This document shows positions 8,568-18,602 of a stretch of DNA of 34,073 bases, in pieces (within the stretch, counting starts at the first letter, position 1; every line of letters starts with the position of its first letter). Source of the stretch: Nitrososphaeraceae archaeon (GTDB lineage Archaea > Thermoproteota > Nitrososphaeria > Nitrososphaerales > Nitrososphaeraceae); NCBI GenBank assembly GCA_044870765.1, contig JBIOZG010000055.1, positions 1 through 34,073 on the forward strand, read 5' to 3'. A program made the position numbers and the translations under genes. The notes under the pieces are model-generated. The model saw nothing but the letters and a program-made list of their open reading frames with translations. It was not told the DNA's origin and did no database searches.

Positions 8568-10649
8568 TTAAGAAATATTTTTTTCAAGCTCCTTTATTGT
8601 GGTTATGGGGAGCGAACAGGTAAAGTCCTTGCAAACAAATGCAAATTCCTTACTACTATTATTGTTTTTATCTGATAGTTTTCCCTTAAAATAGGGATAT
8701 TTTTCTAGCTCCGACAATGCGGATTGATTTACGATTGCTGTAATTGCATTAGGAAGGAACCTTCTGTTTATGTGGTTTCCAAGTTCCGAATGTCCATCCT
8801 GCTTTATTACAGAAACCTCAATTGGTGTTTTAATACGTAAATACATTGCTGAGAGTAATTGACCAAATCCAAATGGATTTCCTGCAGCTGCCTTTGACAT
8901 TCTTTGAATCATTTGGTCTGCTTTTGAAAGGAAATCTTGATTTTGTGTGTAGTAATATAACTTTATCAAATTGGAAACGGCAACAGAATTTCCACTGGGA
9001 ATTGCAAGATCGTAGTGATTCTTTGTCCTAACAATTAACTTTTCATTGTCGTCAGGAGTAAAGAAAAAGTCATTTGTGTCACTATCCCAAAAATAATCAA
9101 TAATTGAATTAGTATACTCGATGGCTCTCTGAAGATAGTAAGATTTCGAATCAACACTAAATAAATTGATCAAAGCCTCCGTATAGAAGGCATAATCATC
9201 AAGATATCCAGAAATCTTGGAAACATTATTGAAAACCCTATCAAGCCTGTTTCCATTTTTACTTAGATTATTTTCGATAAAACCGACGGCTTTTTGTGCA
9301 ATTTCAAGATAACTCGAATTACCAGTTACTTTATAGCCACTGACAAAGCCCGAAATCATCAAACCGTTCCAAGAAGTCAGTATCTTTTTATCAGTACCAG
9401 GTTTGATTCTTTCGAGTCTGATTTGATAAAGCTCCTCCAATGAGGATTCAGTCTTTTCTTCTATCCATTCTTGAGTTTTGGAGTATCTTTCAGATAACCT
9501 GGGTATGGAAGTATACTTGTGTAAAATGTTCTTACCATCAAAATTACCCCCTTGGGTAACACCAAATCGATCAGCAAATATCTCAAAGATCTCCGGATTA
9601 AGGATTTCTTTGAGTTCCTTGTATGACCATACATAGTATTTTCCCTCCTCGCCTTCAGAGTCTGCATCTTGTGAAGAGTAAAAAGCGCCCTCATGTGACA
9701 TCATCTCTCTTTGAACGAATCTGAGAATTTTTTGAAGCACGTTTAAATAGTTACGATTTAAGGTGATCGAGTATATCTCAGAATAAAGTAATGAAAGAAG
9801 TGCATTATCGTATAGCATTTTCTCGAAATGTGGAACTAACCATCTTTGATCTGTGGAATAACGTGCAAAACCGCCTCCTACATGATCATGTATACCTCCT
9901 GAATCCATCTTGTCAGCAGTAAAATGAACGAAGTCTCTATATTTAGTGATGCCAGAATAATCATACGCCCTTAATAAGAATAGCAAATTTGAAGCGTTTG
10001 GAAATTTTGGCGCGCTACCAAACCCTCCGTACATATTATCAGCCAGTTGCAACAGAGTAACAGCTGCCTCGTTTATAATTGTATTTTCTAATTTAGAATC
10101 ATTATCAGAAACTATGTCTGTAGATGAATTCTCTAAAGCAGTAACAAACTCTTGACTAGAAGAAATAACTTCATTGCGTCTATTTTTGTATCCATCCGAC
10201 AATCTAGATAATATTGTTCCAAATCCAGGTAAACCATGTCTACTTTCGCTAGGAAAATACGTTCCAATGTAGAAAGGTTTTTGATCGGGGGTTAGAAATG
10301 CCGATAATGGCCAGCCCCCAGTTCCAGTATACACTTGACAGGCCCTCTGGTAAATATCATCAATATCGGGTCTTTCCTCTCTGTCGACTTTGATATTAAT
10401 GTAATTTTCATTCATTATTTTAGCTATATCGTTATCTTCAAACGATTCATGCGCCATTACATGACACCAATGACAAGAACTGTATCCAATACTCAAGAAA
10501 ATGGGTTTGTCTTCTTTCTTTGATCTTTCTAGCGCTTCCTGATTCCAACCATACCAATCAACGGGATTATATGCATGCTGAAGTAGATAAGGACTGGTTT
10601 CATTGATTAAACGATTAGGTTTAAGGCCAGAGCCATGGTTTTCATCCAC
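8568..10649 (-). CDS. Thioredoxin-domain protein, YyaL/SSP411 (DUF255) family
   Basis: [75 protein letters not shown]-terminal CKDFTCSLP. Confidence 0.95.
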   Translation of the reverse strand: MDENHGSGLKPNRLINETSPYLLQHAYNPVDWYGWNQEALERSKKEDKPIFLSIGYSSCHWCHVMAHESFEDNDIAKIMNENYINIKVDREERPDIDDIYQRACQVYTGTGGWPLSAFLTPDQKPFYIGTYFPSESRHGLPGFGTILSRLSDGYKNRRNEVISSSQEFVTALENSSTDIVSDNDSKLENTIINEAAVTLLQLADNMYGGFGSAPKFPNASNLLFLLRAYDYSGITKYRDFVHFTADKMDSGGIHDHVGGGFARYSTDQRWLVPHFEKMLYDNALLSLLYSEIYSITLNRNYLNVLQKILRFVQREMMSHEGAFYSSQDADSEGEEGKYYVWSYKELKEILNPEIFEIFADRFGVTQGGNFDGKNILHKYTSIPRLSERYSKTQEWIEEKTESSLEELYQIRLERIKPGTDKKILTSWNGLMISGFVSGYKVTGNSSYLEIAQKAVGFIENNLSKNGNRLDRVFNNVSKISGYLDDYAFYTEALINLFSVDSKSYYLQRAIEYTNSIIDYFWDSDTNDFFFTPDDNEKLIVRTKNHYDLAIPSGNSVAVSNLIKLYYYTQNQDFLSKADQMIQRMSKAAAGNPFGFGQLLSAMYLRIKTPIEVSVIKQDGHSELGNHINRRFLPNAITAIVNQSALSELEKYPYFKGKLSDKNNNSSKEFAFVCKDFTCSLPITTIKELEKNIS

Positions 10650-10780
10650 ATACGTTTAATCGAGAATATGATATTTAGACCCTTTCATTAATGGAGTAAG
10701 ATTGTCACAGTAATTATTTGCAGTGGTATTTTTGGACAGAGTAAGCATATAATTATAATTTGGTAGTAATTATCAAGTAA

Positions 10781-11347
10781 TTGATACGAATTCATAACAA
10801 TAAGAAGGGACTAAGAGTTCTTGCAATTGCAGAGAGTTTTCGAAAACATGATATGAAATCCATCCTGGCAGGTGTCGTTATGCGACGAGATTTTGTGGTG
10901 GATGGTTTTGTATACACAGATACGACGATAGGCGGAAATGATGGCACCGACAAAATTATCTCTATTATTAAAAGTCTCAGAAGAAATGATATCAATTATG
11001 TTCTTCTAGGAGGATTAATAATTAGTCTGTACAATATTATAAATGGTAAACAAATTCATGAAAAAATAGGGTTGCCCGTAATAGCAATATCATATAAAAA
11101 ATCATTCGGTTTGACAGGCTCGATACACGGAATTGATGAGAAGCAAAAAATTCTGGATTATTTGAGACTTGAAAATCCTAAACCATTAATGTTGTGGACT
11201 GGAAAAACAGTATTTGTTCGTCAATGGGGAGTAAGTTTTGCTGATGCTTCGAATTTGTTAAACTCTCTTGTTCTCCAGGGTGCCAAGCCAGAGCCACTCC
11301 GACTTGCAACTTTAGCCGCTAGAGCATGTAGAAATTATGGTAAATGA
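10781..11347 (+). CDS. DUF99 family (endonuclease V-like) protein
   Basis: RVLAIAESF, LAGVVMRRD, GGNDGT, YNII, LPVIAI, PEPLRLA. Confidence 0.85.
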   Translation: MIRIHNNKKGLRVLAIAESFRKHDMKSILAGVVMRRDFVVDGFVYTDTTIGGNDGTDKIISIIKSLRRNDINYVLLGGLIISLYNIINGKQIHEKIGLPVIAISYKKSFGLTGSIHGIDEKQKILDYLRLENPKPLMLWTGKTVFVRQWGVSFADASNLLNSLVLQGAKPEPLRLATLAARACRNYGK

Positions 11348-11424
11348 ATTATCAAAGAATTTGAAACACCAGACTGTCTGGGAATTTGGATACCCAATAC
11401 AATGTATCGTCGTGCATTAGTTCA

Positions 11425-11631
11425 TTAATAGTTAGATTCTTTCGACTTTGTTGATTTTGGTGTGTAGCGTACATACGCATCATAAAAAATTTCGTTTCCA
11501 TGACCTGTTACGGTATGCAAAAAAGAGATTTCAAGTACAACCTTTGTTTCATTTTCCAAGAAATTATTAATATCTTGTTCAAGACCATGCGGTTCATACG
11601 ACCTGAAAAATTTTATCCTTTCCTTGGGCAT
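11425..11631 (-). CDS. Small hypothetical protein
   Basis: 68 aa, RIKFF...LEQDINNFL pattern. Confidence 0.55.
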   Translation of the reverse strand: MPKERIKFFRSYEPHGLEQDINNFLENETKVVLEISFLHTVTGHGNEIFYDAYVRYTPKSTKSKESNY

Positions 11632-11757
11632 TATTTGTTTAATGGGAATAAAAAGGCATTATATCAATATTATCAAATTAGCTTTATTTCTTTAGTGCAA
11701 TCTATTTTGCTGGTCACCTGATCAAATATTTGCTATGATCTTTATTACTTAGACAGG

Positions 11758-12165
11758 CTAAGCTCTATTCAACAATTCCATCTCTTTTTCCTTGACGATT
11801 GGTTTTATCTTATTCATGATTACGTGGTGAAAGTTCTTTGTATCTACATCAAGGGTAAAAATAATTACAAAGCATAAATGATTTCTAGAATCAGTTATGG
11901 GTATGGTTATCCTAAGCAATTTCTCATAGCTTGAGCATGTATAATCGATTTTTCCTAATATAGACTGCCATCTAATTCTTGTATATTGCCGGGTAACTGC
12001 AGCCAGAGCATATTGAGCGGTTTGCTCATCATTTAACAACGGTTTAATTCCTTTTCTTTCTGAGACACCCAATATTGTTCCATGATGGTCTACAATGGCT
12101 GCAAATCTAATGTTTTTATCAGTTTTAGTAATTGTCTCGCAGAATGATTTAAAGAAATTTGACAC
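11758..12165 (-). CDS. Roadblock/profilin-like small protein of the type expanded in Nitrososphaerota
   Basis: DKNIRFAAIVDHHG...RKGIKPLL...LGKIDY...YEKLLRITIP. Confidence 0.7.
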   Translation of the reverse strand: MSNFFKSFCETITKTDKNIRFAAIVDHHGTILGVSERKGIKPLLNDEQTAQYALAAVTRQYTRIRWQSILGKIDYTCSSYEKLLRITIPITDSRNHLCFVIIFTLDVDTKNFHHVIMNKIKPIVKEKEMELLNRA

Positions 12166-12291
12166 AGGTAAAAACTAAATTCTCGGTGTAATAAATTTTA
12201 AGGAATGTGAGAAAATACGGTTAAAGATAACTGCCTTAGATTAGACTCAAAAAAATAAATAACATATTTTTAACACTTATAGTTAAACACG

Positions 12292-12843
12292 ATGCCTGAA
12301 TTGGCTCATAGAAGAAAGCTTGCAATCGATTTGGATTCTGTTCTCGCAGATACCATGATTATCTGGGCTGAGGAATTCAACAAGCGTAAGAACTCTAGCA
12401 TAACTAAAGAGAATATCGTATCCTGGGACATCTCAAAAACTCTAGACATATCTATAACTGAAGTTTCGGACATTTTCACATATATCTGGGACAAGAAGTG
12501 GGAAGACATACCATCAACAGAACCGTCGATTGGTAATATAGTCTCCAAACTTCACAATAAAGGTTTCAGAATCTCTATTCTTACAAAAAGGTATCGATCT
12601 TCTGTAAGCAATGTTATAAAATGGCTAGATTTACACAAGATTCATTGCGACGATCTCTTGTTTGTTTATGATGATGCTCCAAAGACAGACTATCCTTTTG
12701 ATATCTTAGTTGATGACGCGCCTATCAATTTTAGTGAACTAGATCAGCCTAGGATAGGAATTCTCTTTAACCAACCTTGGAACAAGAACTTTACATGGCC
12801 GGTCAGAATTAATGCTCTGAGCGAAGTGATTAATATAATATAA
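12292..12843 (+). CDS. HAD-superfamily 5'(3')-deoxyribonucleotidase (NT5C type)
   Basis: AIDLDSVLAD motif I, ILTKR motif II, ILVDD motif IV, LFNQPWN. Confidence 0.85.
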   Translation: MPELAHRRKLAIDLDSVLADTMIIWAEEFNKRKNSSITKENIVSWDISKTLDISITEVSDIFTYIWDKKWEDIPSTEPSIGNIVSKLHNKGFRISILTKRYRSSVSNVIKWLDLHKIHCDDLLFVYDDAPKTDYPFDILVDDAPINFSELDQPRIGILFNQPWNKNFTWPVRINALSEVINII

Positions 12844-13069
12844 TATTATAAAATATAATCATAGCACCAAATATCGCTAAGTATTGTAAACTTAAAATTT
12901 TCAATTACTGCTTTTGGGTCACGGTTCATTTATCTCACATTTAGTCACTTTTAACCGGTTCAATAATTAATATACACACACGTTATTTCTGAAAATAATA
13001 TCGATAATTGGCCTGTATTTGTAAATCTGAACTGCTGAAGAAAGAAACGTTAAGTATTCTTTTAGTTAT

Positions 13070-13645
13070 TTGCATGTTGAAATGGCTGAAAACGCTATTA
13101 TTAGTAGCAATAAACTATATTCAGGCAAAATATCGCTCAGATTGGACAAGTATCATATGGGTAATAAGATCCTCGAAAAAGAAATAGTAGAACATCAAGA
13201 TTCAGTTGGGATAATTGCTTTAGATAAGAAAGACAATATAATATTAGTAGAACAATTTAGAATTGCAACCAGGAATAATCTACTTGAAATCCCAGCTGGC
13301 AAAATTGAAAATGGTGAAACTCCTGATACTGCTGCGTTACGTGAGATGAATGAAGAGATAGGTTTCTCTGGAAAATTAACACCACTATTCCAATGCTATT
13401 TAGCTCCTGGATATGATACAGAGAAAATGTACTTTTTTCTCGCATCAGAACTCAAGTTATCAAAAAAGCGACTGCCACAGGATGAAGATGAAGAAATTAG
13501 AATTAGAAGAATGAAATTGAGCTCTGCTCTGGAAAAATGCCTTTCCGGACAAATAATCGATTGCAAAACTATAGCTGCAATTATGATGATCTTGAAAATC
13601 AAAAAAAGTGGAGTGCAACATCGGCACCAAAAGGTCATTGAATGA
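13070..13645 (+). CDS. Nudix hydrolase, ADP-ribose pyrophosphatase-like
   Basis: Nudix box GKIENGETPDTAALREMNEEIG; EIVEH, EQFR, LEIPAG, APG, DEDE, DCKT. Confidence 0.9.
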   Translation: MHVEMAENAIISSNKLYSGKISLRLDKYHMGNKILEKEIVEHQDSVGIIALDKKDNIILVEQFRIATRNNLLEIPAGKIENGETPDTAALREMNEEIGFSGKLTPLFQCYLAPGYDTEKMYFFLASELKLSKKRLPQDEDEEIRIRRMKLSSALEKCLSGQIIDCKTIAAIMMILKIKKSGVQHRHQKVIE

Positions 13646-13678
13646 AAAGTCTATAAAACAAGGACGATAATCCTCATT

Positions 13679-13978
13679 ATGTCTCAAATAAAGTACAAGA
13701 AATTATCGGGAGATGAATTAGATGAAATCGTCAGGAATATGAAAGGATGGGAATTAAAGGACCAGAAATTGCAAAAATCATTTAAATTTACAAACTTCGT
13801 CGAAGCGTTTGGATTCATGACTAGAATTGCCCTTGAAGCGGAAAGAATGAACCATCATCCGGAATGGTCAAATGTCTACAACAATGTGACAATTAAACTG
13901 AGTACTCACGATGCTGGTGGAATTACAGATCACGATATCAAGTTAGCAAAAATTATTGACGATACTAATCCAGAATAG
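13679..13978 (+). CDS. Pterin-4-alpha-carbinolamine dehydratase
   Basis: [40 protein letters not shown]. Confidence 0.95.
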   Translation: MSQIKYKKLSGDELDEIVRNMKGWELKDQKLQKSFKFTNFVEAFGFMTRIALEAERMNHHPEWSNVYNNVTIKLSTHDAGGITDHDIKLAKIIDDTNPE

Positions 13979-14008
13979 AATTACTCAATCAATATTTAAA
14001 ACAGTATA

Positions 14009-14500
14009 TCAACGGCTGTCAGAGTCCTTTACATTTACTAGTAACACTTCATTCATTAACCAGTCGCAAAACTTCTTCAAATTTTCATCAATGGTACACC
14101 AGAGATGTAGGGAACCAGGCAATATCTCTATCCTGCCTCTATCCATTAATATCTTAAGTCCTTCTTTACCTTCATACATGTACGCATCCTGTGGGATAAC
14201 ATTCCCCAAAAATTCAATTGCCTTTTGCTTGATGATGTCTCTAGGTATTGGGAACCTTTTTCGGAACTTGTCCACAACCAGTCCCAAATTTTCTGTGCCA
14301 TAATTATCTACATCATAAATTTTATTTCTATCTGGAAAATGTAAACGTAAGATCACATTATGTCTTGAACCTGTAAATTCTGCCAGTTGATTCGTCAATT
14401 TATATGCAATATTAGGGCTTTTTTTTAGCGATTCTCGAATTTCTTTATCGTGGTATTTAATATTAAATAACAATTCTGAATGCAAGTTAGTAAAACTCAA
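14009..14500 (-). CDS. Hypothetical protein
   Basis: 163-aa ORF with LRLHFP, DAYMYEGKEG, GRIEILPGSLHLW motifs. Confidence 0.7.
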   Translation of the reverse strand: MSFTNLHSELLFNIKYHDKEIRESLKKSPNIAYKLTNQLAEFTGSRHNVILRLHFPDRNKIYDVDNYGTENLGLVVDKFRKRFPIPRDIIKQKAIEFLGNVIPQDAYMYEGKEGLKILMDRGRIEILPGSLHLWCTIDENLKKFCDWLMNEVLLVNVKDSDSR

Positions 14501-14663
14501 TGAGGATTAAAGAAGTCGAACTTTATATTATCGTACTGGACAACATTCAACTTAAACAAGTAGTTCCCTTTGCGTTAGATTGATTAATTAAGTGTAGTCT
14601 AATGGCATTGGTAAAGTCTAGAAGACACTTATATCTTGATTAATTATATTATGAGAACAACCC

Positions 14664-15284
14664 ATGTTTGCAACAGATTCCAGTTCCGAACGAGCCACAA
14701 GCATTGAAGATTATCAAAATACCTGTATGGAGTTTATAATTGACATTAGTCGGGACTATAAAGATTGGGTCGATAGGTATCAATTAAGTAACGATGAAAT
14801 CACCAAAAGAAAAAATTCCATTGATAGTGTTGTCAAAACCACCAATGAGTGGATACAAAACTACTGTAATACTATAAAGAAGGTAGACATTGTCATGAAT
14901 GATGGTATAAATAAGATGGCAGAAAACACTGCAGGCTATCCATTTGAATTTGAAGTTTATGTTAATGCTGAAAAAAGATATGTAAAGCATCCTAATGGTA
15001 CTATACCACTGAGGGTAAATGCTATTCCACAAGAAGGACGAACGATTAGGGTAGGCAATTATAGTAAAAGTGAGTTATTTCTTATCGCATCAAGCTCTCC
15101 GATATCTTATACAGTAAGTAAAGAAAGTATGAATACGGTTGATATCCTGGACGACTACATAACTCTTGATGCATCCAAATGTGAAAGGGGCAATATTATT
15201 TCCATCACAATCATTGTTGAAGAAATAAAAGACGATTATGTCTCTGAAAGCAGAGGATATTCTACTGTTATCATGATCAGTTGA
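14664..15284 (+). CDS. Hypothetical protein
   Basis: 206-aa ORF, helical N-half and beta-rich C-half; no recognised motif. Confidence 0.55.
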   Translation: MFATDSSSERATSIEDYQNTCMEFIIDISRDYKDWVDRYQLSNDEITKRKNSIDSVVKTTNEWIQNYCNTIKKVDIVMNDGINKMAENTAGYPFEFEVYVNAEKRYVKHPNGTIPLRVNAIPQEGRTIRVGNYSKSELFLIASSSPISYTVSKESMNTVDILDDYITLDASKCERGNIISITIIVEEIKDDYVSESRGYSTVIMIS

Positions 15285-15474
15285 GTTACCAATCAAAGAG
15301 AAAATCAATCATATTTAGGACACAAGGTCAATAATTTGAACTAACATTTATTACAGAAGAGTCTAATTCCCACTCAATTTCTGGATTTTTAATTTTGACT
15401 TTTATTAAGAATAATGCGCTTGGGACAAAGAAACAGTTAAAATAAGCAATATTTTTTCCATCATTAGATGAGCT

Positions 15475-15549
15475 GCGACGGTCGTCCAGTTTGGTCTAGG
15501 ACATCAGATTGCCAATCTGGTAACCCGGGTTCAAATCCCGGCCGTCGCA
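15475..15549 (+). tRNA. tRNA-Gly (GCC), intronless, CCA not encoded
   Basis: Acceptor GCGACGG/CCGTCGC, D arm GTCC/GGAC, anticodon arm TCAGA-TTGCCAA-TCTGG, T arm CCGGG-TTCAAAT-CCCGG, discriminator A. Confidence 0.97.
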
Positions 15550-15563
15550 TTTGTTTCTATTTT

Positions 15564-16013
15564 TCAATGTAACGATTTTCCTCCTTTTATAATACCAATC
15601 ATTTGATTGTAGGCATTCATTGCATTATCTTTTTTTGGAAGTTGAATAACAAGTAGGTTTCCTTCTGAAACAGTTCCTGTCGTAGAAGGCGCAATTGCAA
15701 TCAATCCAGTATTTGCCAGAGCTTCAAAAAATTGGAGCATTTCATTAGCATATAAAAGGTAATTTTCGTCAAAATCATAATCAAGGTAAGTCATCAATAT
15801 ATCTACAAAAACGTGTTTTGTATCATGAAATAGATCTAATAATACATCAACAGCTAGTTTTTTCCCAGCAACTTTTTTAATTATTTCATCATATCTTTTA
15901 GAATCGATATGGATGCAAGGAATTGGATTTCCGTCATAATCAATTAATGATGCATCGTATCTGTGCAAATTATTTTTGAAATCTTCCAATGTGTTGAAAA
16001 ATCTCTTGGGCAT
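15564..16013 (-). CDS. Hypothetical protein
   Basis: 149-aa ORF convergent on tRNA-Gly. Confidence 0.7.
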   Translation of the reverse strand: MPKRFFNTLEDFKNNLHRYDASLIDYDGNPIPCIHIDSKRYDEIIKKVAGKKLAVDVLLDLFHDTKHVFVDILMTYLDYDFDENYLLYANEMLQFFEALANTGLIAIAPSTTGTVSEGNLLVIQLPKKDNAMNAYNQMIGIIKGGKSLH

Positions 16014-16051
16014 ATTGTAGAATATAGTTAATAATTTACCAAGTTATTTAT

Positions 16052-16080
16052 TCATTAGTTCATTGCCTCATTAGTTCATT
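16052..16080. repeat. 13-bp direct repeat TCATTAGTTCATT x2, 3-bp spacer
   Basis: Copies at 16052-16064 and 16068-16080. Confidence 0.7.
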
Positions 16081-16147
16081 ATTTGACTATTTAAATGGCT
16101 GAGATCCTCACGTCAATGCAAAACTCAACCAAATTGAATGGAAAAAG

Positions 16148-16210
16148 ATGGTCAGTTACCCTAGTGCTTTCATCATCTAAGTAATCAGCAAAGAGTAATC
16201 TTCATCCCAT
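16148..16210 (-). ncRNA. Bipartite box C/D sRNA
   Basis: Minus strand AUGG-G-AUGAAGA(C)-uuacucuuug-CUGA(D')-uuacuuag-AUGAUGA(C')-aagcacuaggguaa-CUGA(D)-CCAU then CUUUUU; all four boxes in canonical order and spacing, terminal stem, upstream TATA-like CTTAATAG at 16233-16240. Confidence 0.88.
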
Positions 16211-16324
16211 TGTCAATACTTGAAAAAGTGAACTATTAAGATTATCTTTGATGTAAAATTCTTGATAATGGGTAATCAGTTGTATTACACCATAATTTAA
16301 ATAAAAAAAATATCATAGTTTTTC

Positions 16325-16924
16325 ATGTCGTCAGAAGAATTAGTTTTAGAAAAGATACTCTCCACAGGTTCTAATGGAATAAAAAAGTCAGATCTAAAAA
16401 AGGAATTTACCTCATATGACCTAGACCAGACTCTAGAGAATCTCGTCAATAATGGAAAAGTATGTGTTGATAAAAAAGGAGCGGCATATTATTGCTGGAC
16501 TGCAGAAGTTTATGTCAAGCATCTGAATAGCGTTGATCCAAAGTTTAGAATTTTACTTGAACGAATAAAAATCATTGAAAGGAAACTAGACACTCAATCA
16601 AATAGTGTCAAAGATGCATTAAACGGCCTGATAGAAGTTTTAAAGAGTGAAAATTCCGAATTACCTAAAGCACTTGTCAATCTTGACAATTTCAAAATCG
16701 AATTTGATACCATCTTGTCCAGATCAACTAGTTCAATAGGTTGGATTGAGCTAGGAAACGTAAGGAGTGAGCTAGGCCAAAAATTTGATTTAGACAAGAA
16801 TGAATTCTACGAACTTGTAGAACAGCTAATCAACTCCTATCAGAATGAATATGAACTATCAACTGGAGGAAGCGAAGGCCTAATTCTGAGAGGCTTACTC
16901 CATGGCTTTGTAAGAGGGATATGA
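16325..16924 (+). CDS. Putative DNA-binding protein (wHTH - coiled coil - wHTH-like)
   Basis: N-terminal IKKSDLKKEF...LDQTLENLVNNGKV wing pattern, central heptads, C-terminal WIELGNVRSELG...EFYELVEQL helix pattern. Confidence 0.65.
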   Translation: MSSEELVLEKILSTGSNGIKKSDLKKEFTSYDLDQTLENLVNNGKVCVDKKGAAYYCWTAEVYVKHLNSVDPKFRILLERIKIIERKLDTQSNSVKDALNGLIEVLKSENSELPKALVNLDNFKIEFDTILSRSTSSIGWIELGNVRSELGQKFDLDKNEFYELVEQLINSYQNEYELSTGGSEGLILRGLLHGFVRGI

Positions 16925-18588
16925 GATTGTATCCCTACGGTCTAAAATTAAATCCATATCCTAGCAGTCCTACCCCCTCATATAGCGATTGTCAAATTCT
17001 TGGCGGAATTACTCACAAGGATGCAAGAGAGGCCATAGTTACCTGCATTTCTGATTTGTTTGCAAAAGTGAATGGATCAAACCCAACGGATAAAGATTTC
17101 AGATTGATTACAATGATTCAAGATGTGGGCTCTGGTAAAACCCACCTTGCATATCATATTAAAAGTATGCCGGACTTGGCAGAAAAAACCGTAACTTCCT
17201 ATGTGGATCTGTCCCAAGTCTCACCTAGAGATATTCACAACATTTATGATTCAGTCTTAGGAGGTTTTAGTCACGATGACGTTGAAGGTTTGAGAAGAAA
17301 TATACTCTATTTTTTATGTAAAAAGGCTGATAGTAACGGTAGTTCGGTTCGAAAGGCACTTAATTATGGTTTCATAGATAGTTTGAGCGGTAACAAGAAT
17401 CTCAAACGGAGAGCAGAAGAAATCCTACAAGGGAAACAGAAACTAAATTTTGAGCATGTGCCAAAACTACTTGCTTCCGACTTTTCAGAGATTGAGATTG
17501 AAATTATCAAATCATTGATAGAGGATAGATTGAGTAACGATGTTTCAAAAATTAGGTCGCTTGAGGGGGTGATAAACAGTTTGAGAGCAATAGCCGATAT
17601 GAATTTAAAGTTATTGGACAAGATAACAATATTTCAATTTGATGAATTTGATTCTAAAACAGAGTCGTTAGAATTTATTAAAGCCATAATTAATGCTCAC
17701 ATACCTTCTTCGATACTAATGTTGATACTAACTCCGTCATCATATGAGGAGATCAAAAAAGGGAATCCATCCGTTTTCGATCGAATGGAAAAAGCTAATT
17801 ACAAAATTGATCTTGCTGGTTCCAACACACTTGGTGAATTAAAGGACATTATCTCGGAGTATGTAAGACATTATGATAACAACAAACAATTTTCGTCCGA
17901 TCTTGAGACTGATCTTGCTAGTAAAATTAAATTGCTGTATGACGAGTTTCCAGATTTCAGAAATGTAAGATCAATGTTGAACATCTTTTATCACTCCACA
18001 GAAGAGGCGTCAAGACGTGGGTCGTTTGTAATAGATGAGTCAATAATTGACGATACCATAAAAAATATCTATCCTGGTTCTAAAATAAGGGGCAGTTTAA
18101 TGGATGTGCCGTTATCTGATTTCATCCAGATAAAAAAGAGTGTTAACAATATGGAAGTAATCGAACCTAACGTTCGCGAAGCAGTTAGAAACCTCCTAAC
18201 ATTAACAAATTATGAAGGATATGTAAATGAATTGAATTTTGACAATCTTGTTGGTGAGGGAATAGATTTAACATATAATGACAGTTACGGATCGAAAATA
18301 GCAGTGTCGGTAGTCATAGAGGATGAGCCATCAAAAACTCAAGCTCAAATTTCAAGTGCATCAAAATCACTTAACATTGTAGATAAACTTGTGGTGTTGA
18401 CGAGTAGTAATAATCGCACTTTTGGAGGTCGTTCTAGAAATGGGAATAACGTTGCAACGGTAGTTAACATGGACAATGCGAAAATTGTAGATCTGATATA
18501 TTTCAATAATAAGTATAAAAAACAGGAAATACTTAACGAAGACCTTGAAAGAGCTATAACCCTAGCACGGTCAATTAAATTATGTTGA
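16921..18588 (+). CDS. AAA+-like P-loop ATPase with helical insert and C-terminal alpha/beta domain
   Basis: Walker A QDVGSGKTH, Walker B IFQFDEFD, sensor-1-like LILTP, Arg-finger-like VFDRME, sensor-2-like NVRSML; ATGA overlap with upstream gene. Confidence 0.8.
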   Translation: MRLYPYGLKLNPYPSSPTPSYSDCQILGGITHKDAREAIVTCISDLFAKVNGSNPTDKDFRLITMIQDVGSGKTHLAYHIKSMPDLAEKTVTSYVDLSQVSPRDIHNIYDSVLGGFSHDDVEGLRRNILYFLCKKADSNGSSVRKALNYGFIDSLSGNKNLKRRAEEILQGKQKLNFEHVPKLLASDFSEIEIEIIKSLIEDRLSNDVSKIRSLEGVINSLRAIADMNLKLLDKITIFQFDEFDSKTESLEFIKAIINAHIPSSILMLILTPSSYEEIKKGNPSVFDRMEKANYKIDLAGSNTLGELKDIISEYVRHYDNNKQFSSDLETDLASKIKLLYDEFPDFRNVRSMLNIFYHSTEEASRRGSFVIDESIIDDTIKNIYPGSKIRGSLMDVPLSDFIQIKKSVNNMEVIEPNVREAVRNLLTLTNYEGYVNELNFDNLVGEGIDLTYNDSYGSKIAVSVVIEDEPSKTQAQISSASKSLNIVDKLVVLTSSNNRTFGGRSRNGNNVATVVNMDNAKIVDLIYFNNKYKKQEILNEDLERAITLARSIKLC

Positions 18589-18602
18589 TCTTATTGGTTT
18601 AG

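Noticed and set aside
15475-15549. Provirus integrated at tRNA-Gly
   Set aside because: No duplicated tRNA 3' end seen in the window and no adjacent integrase or viral genes
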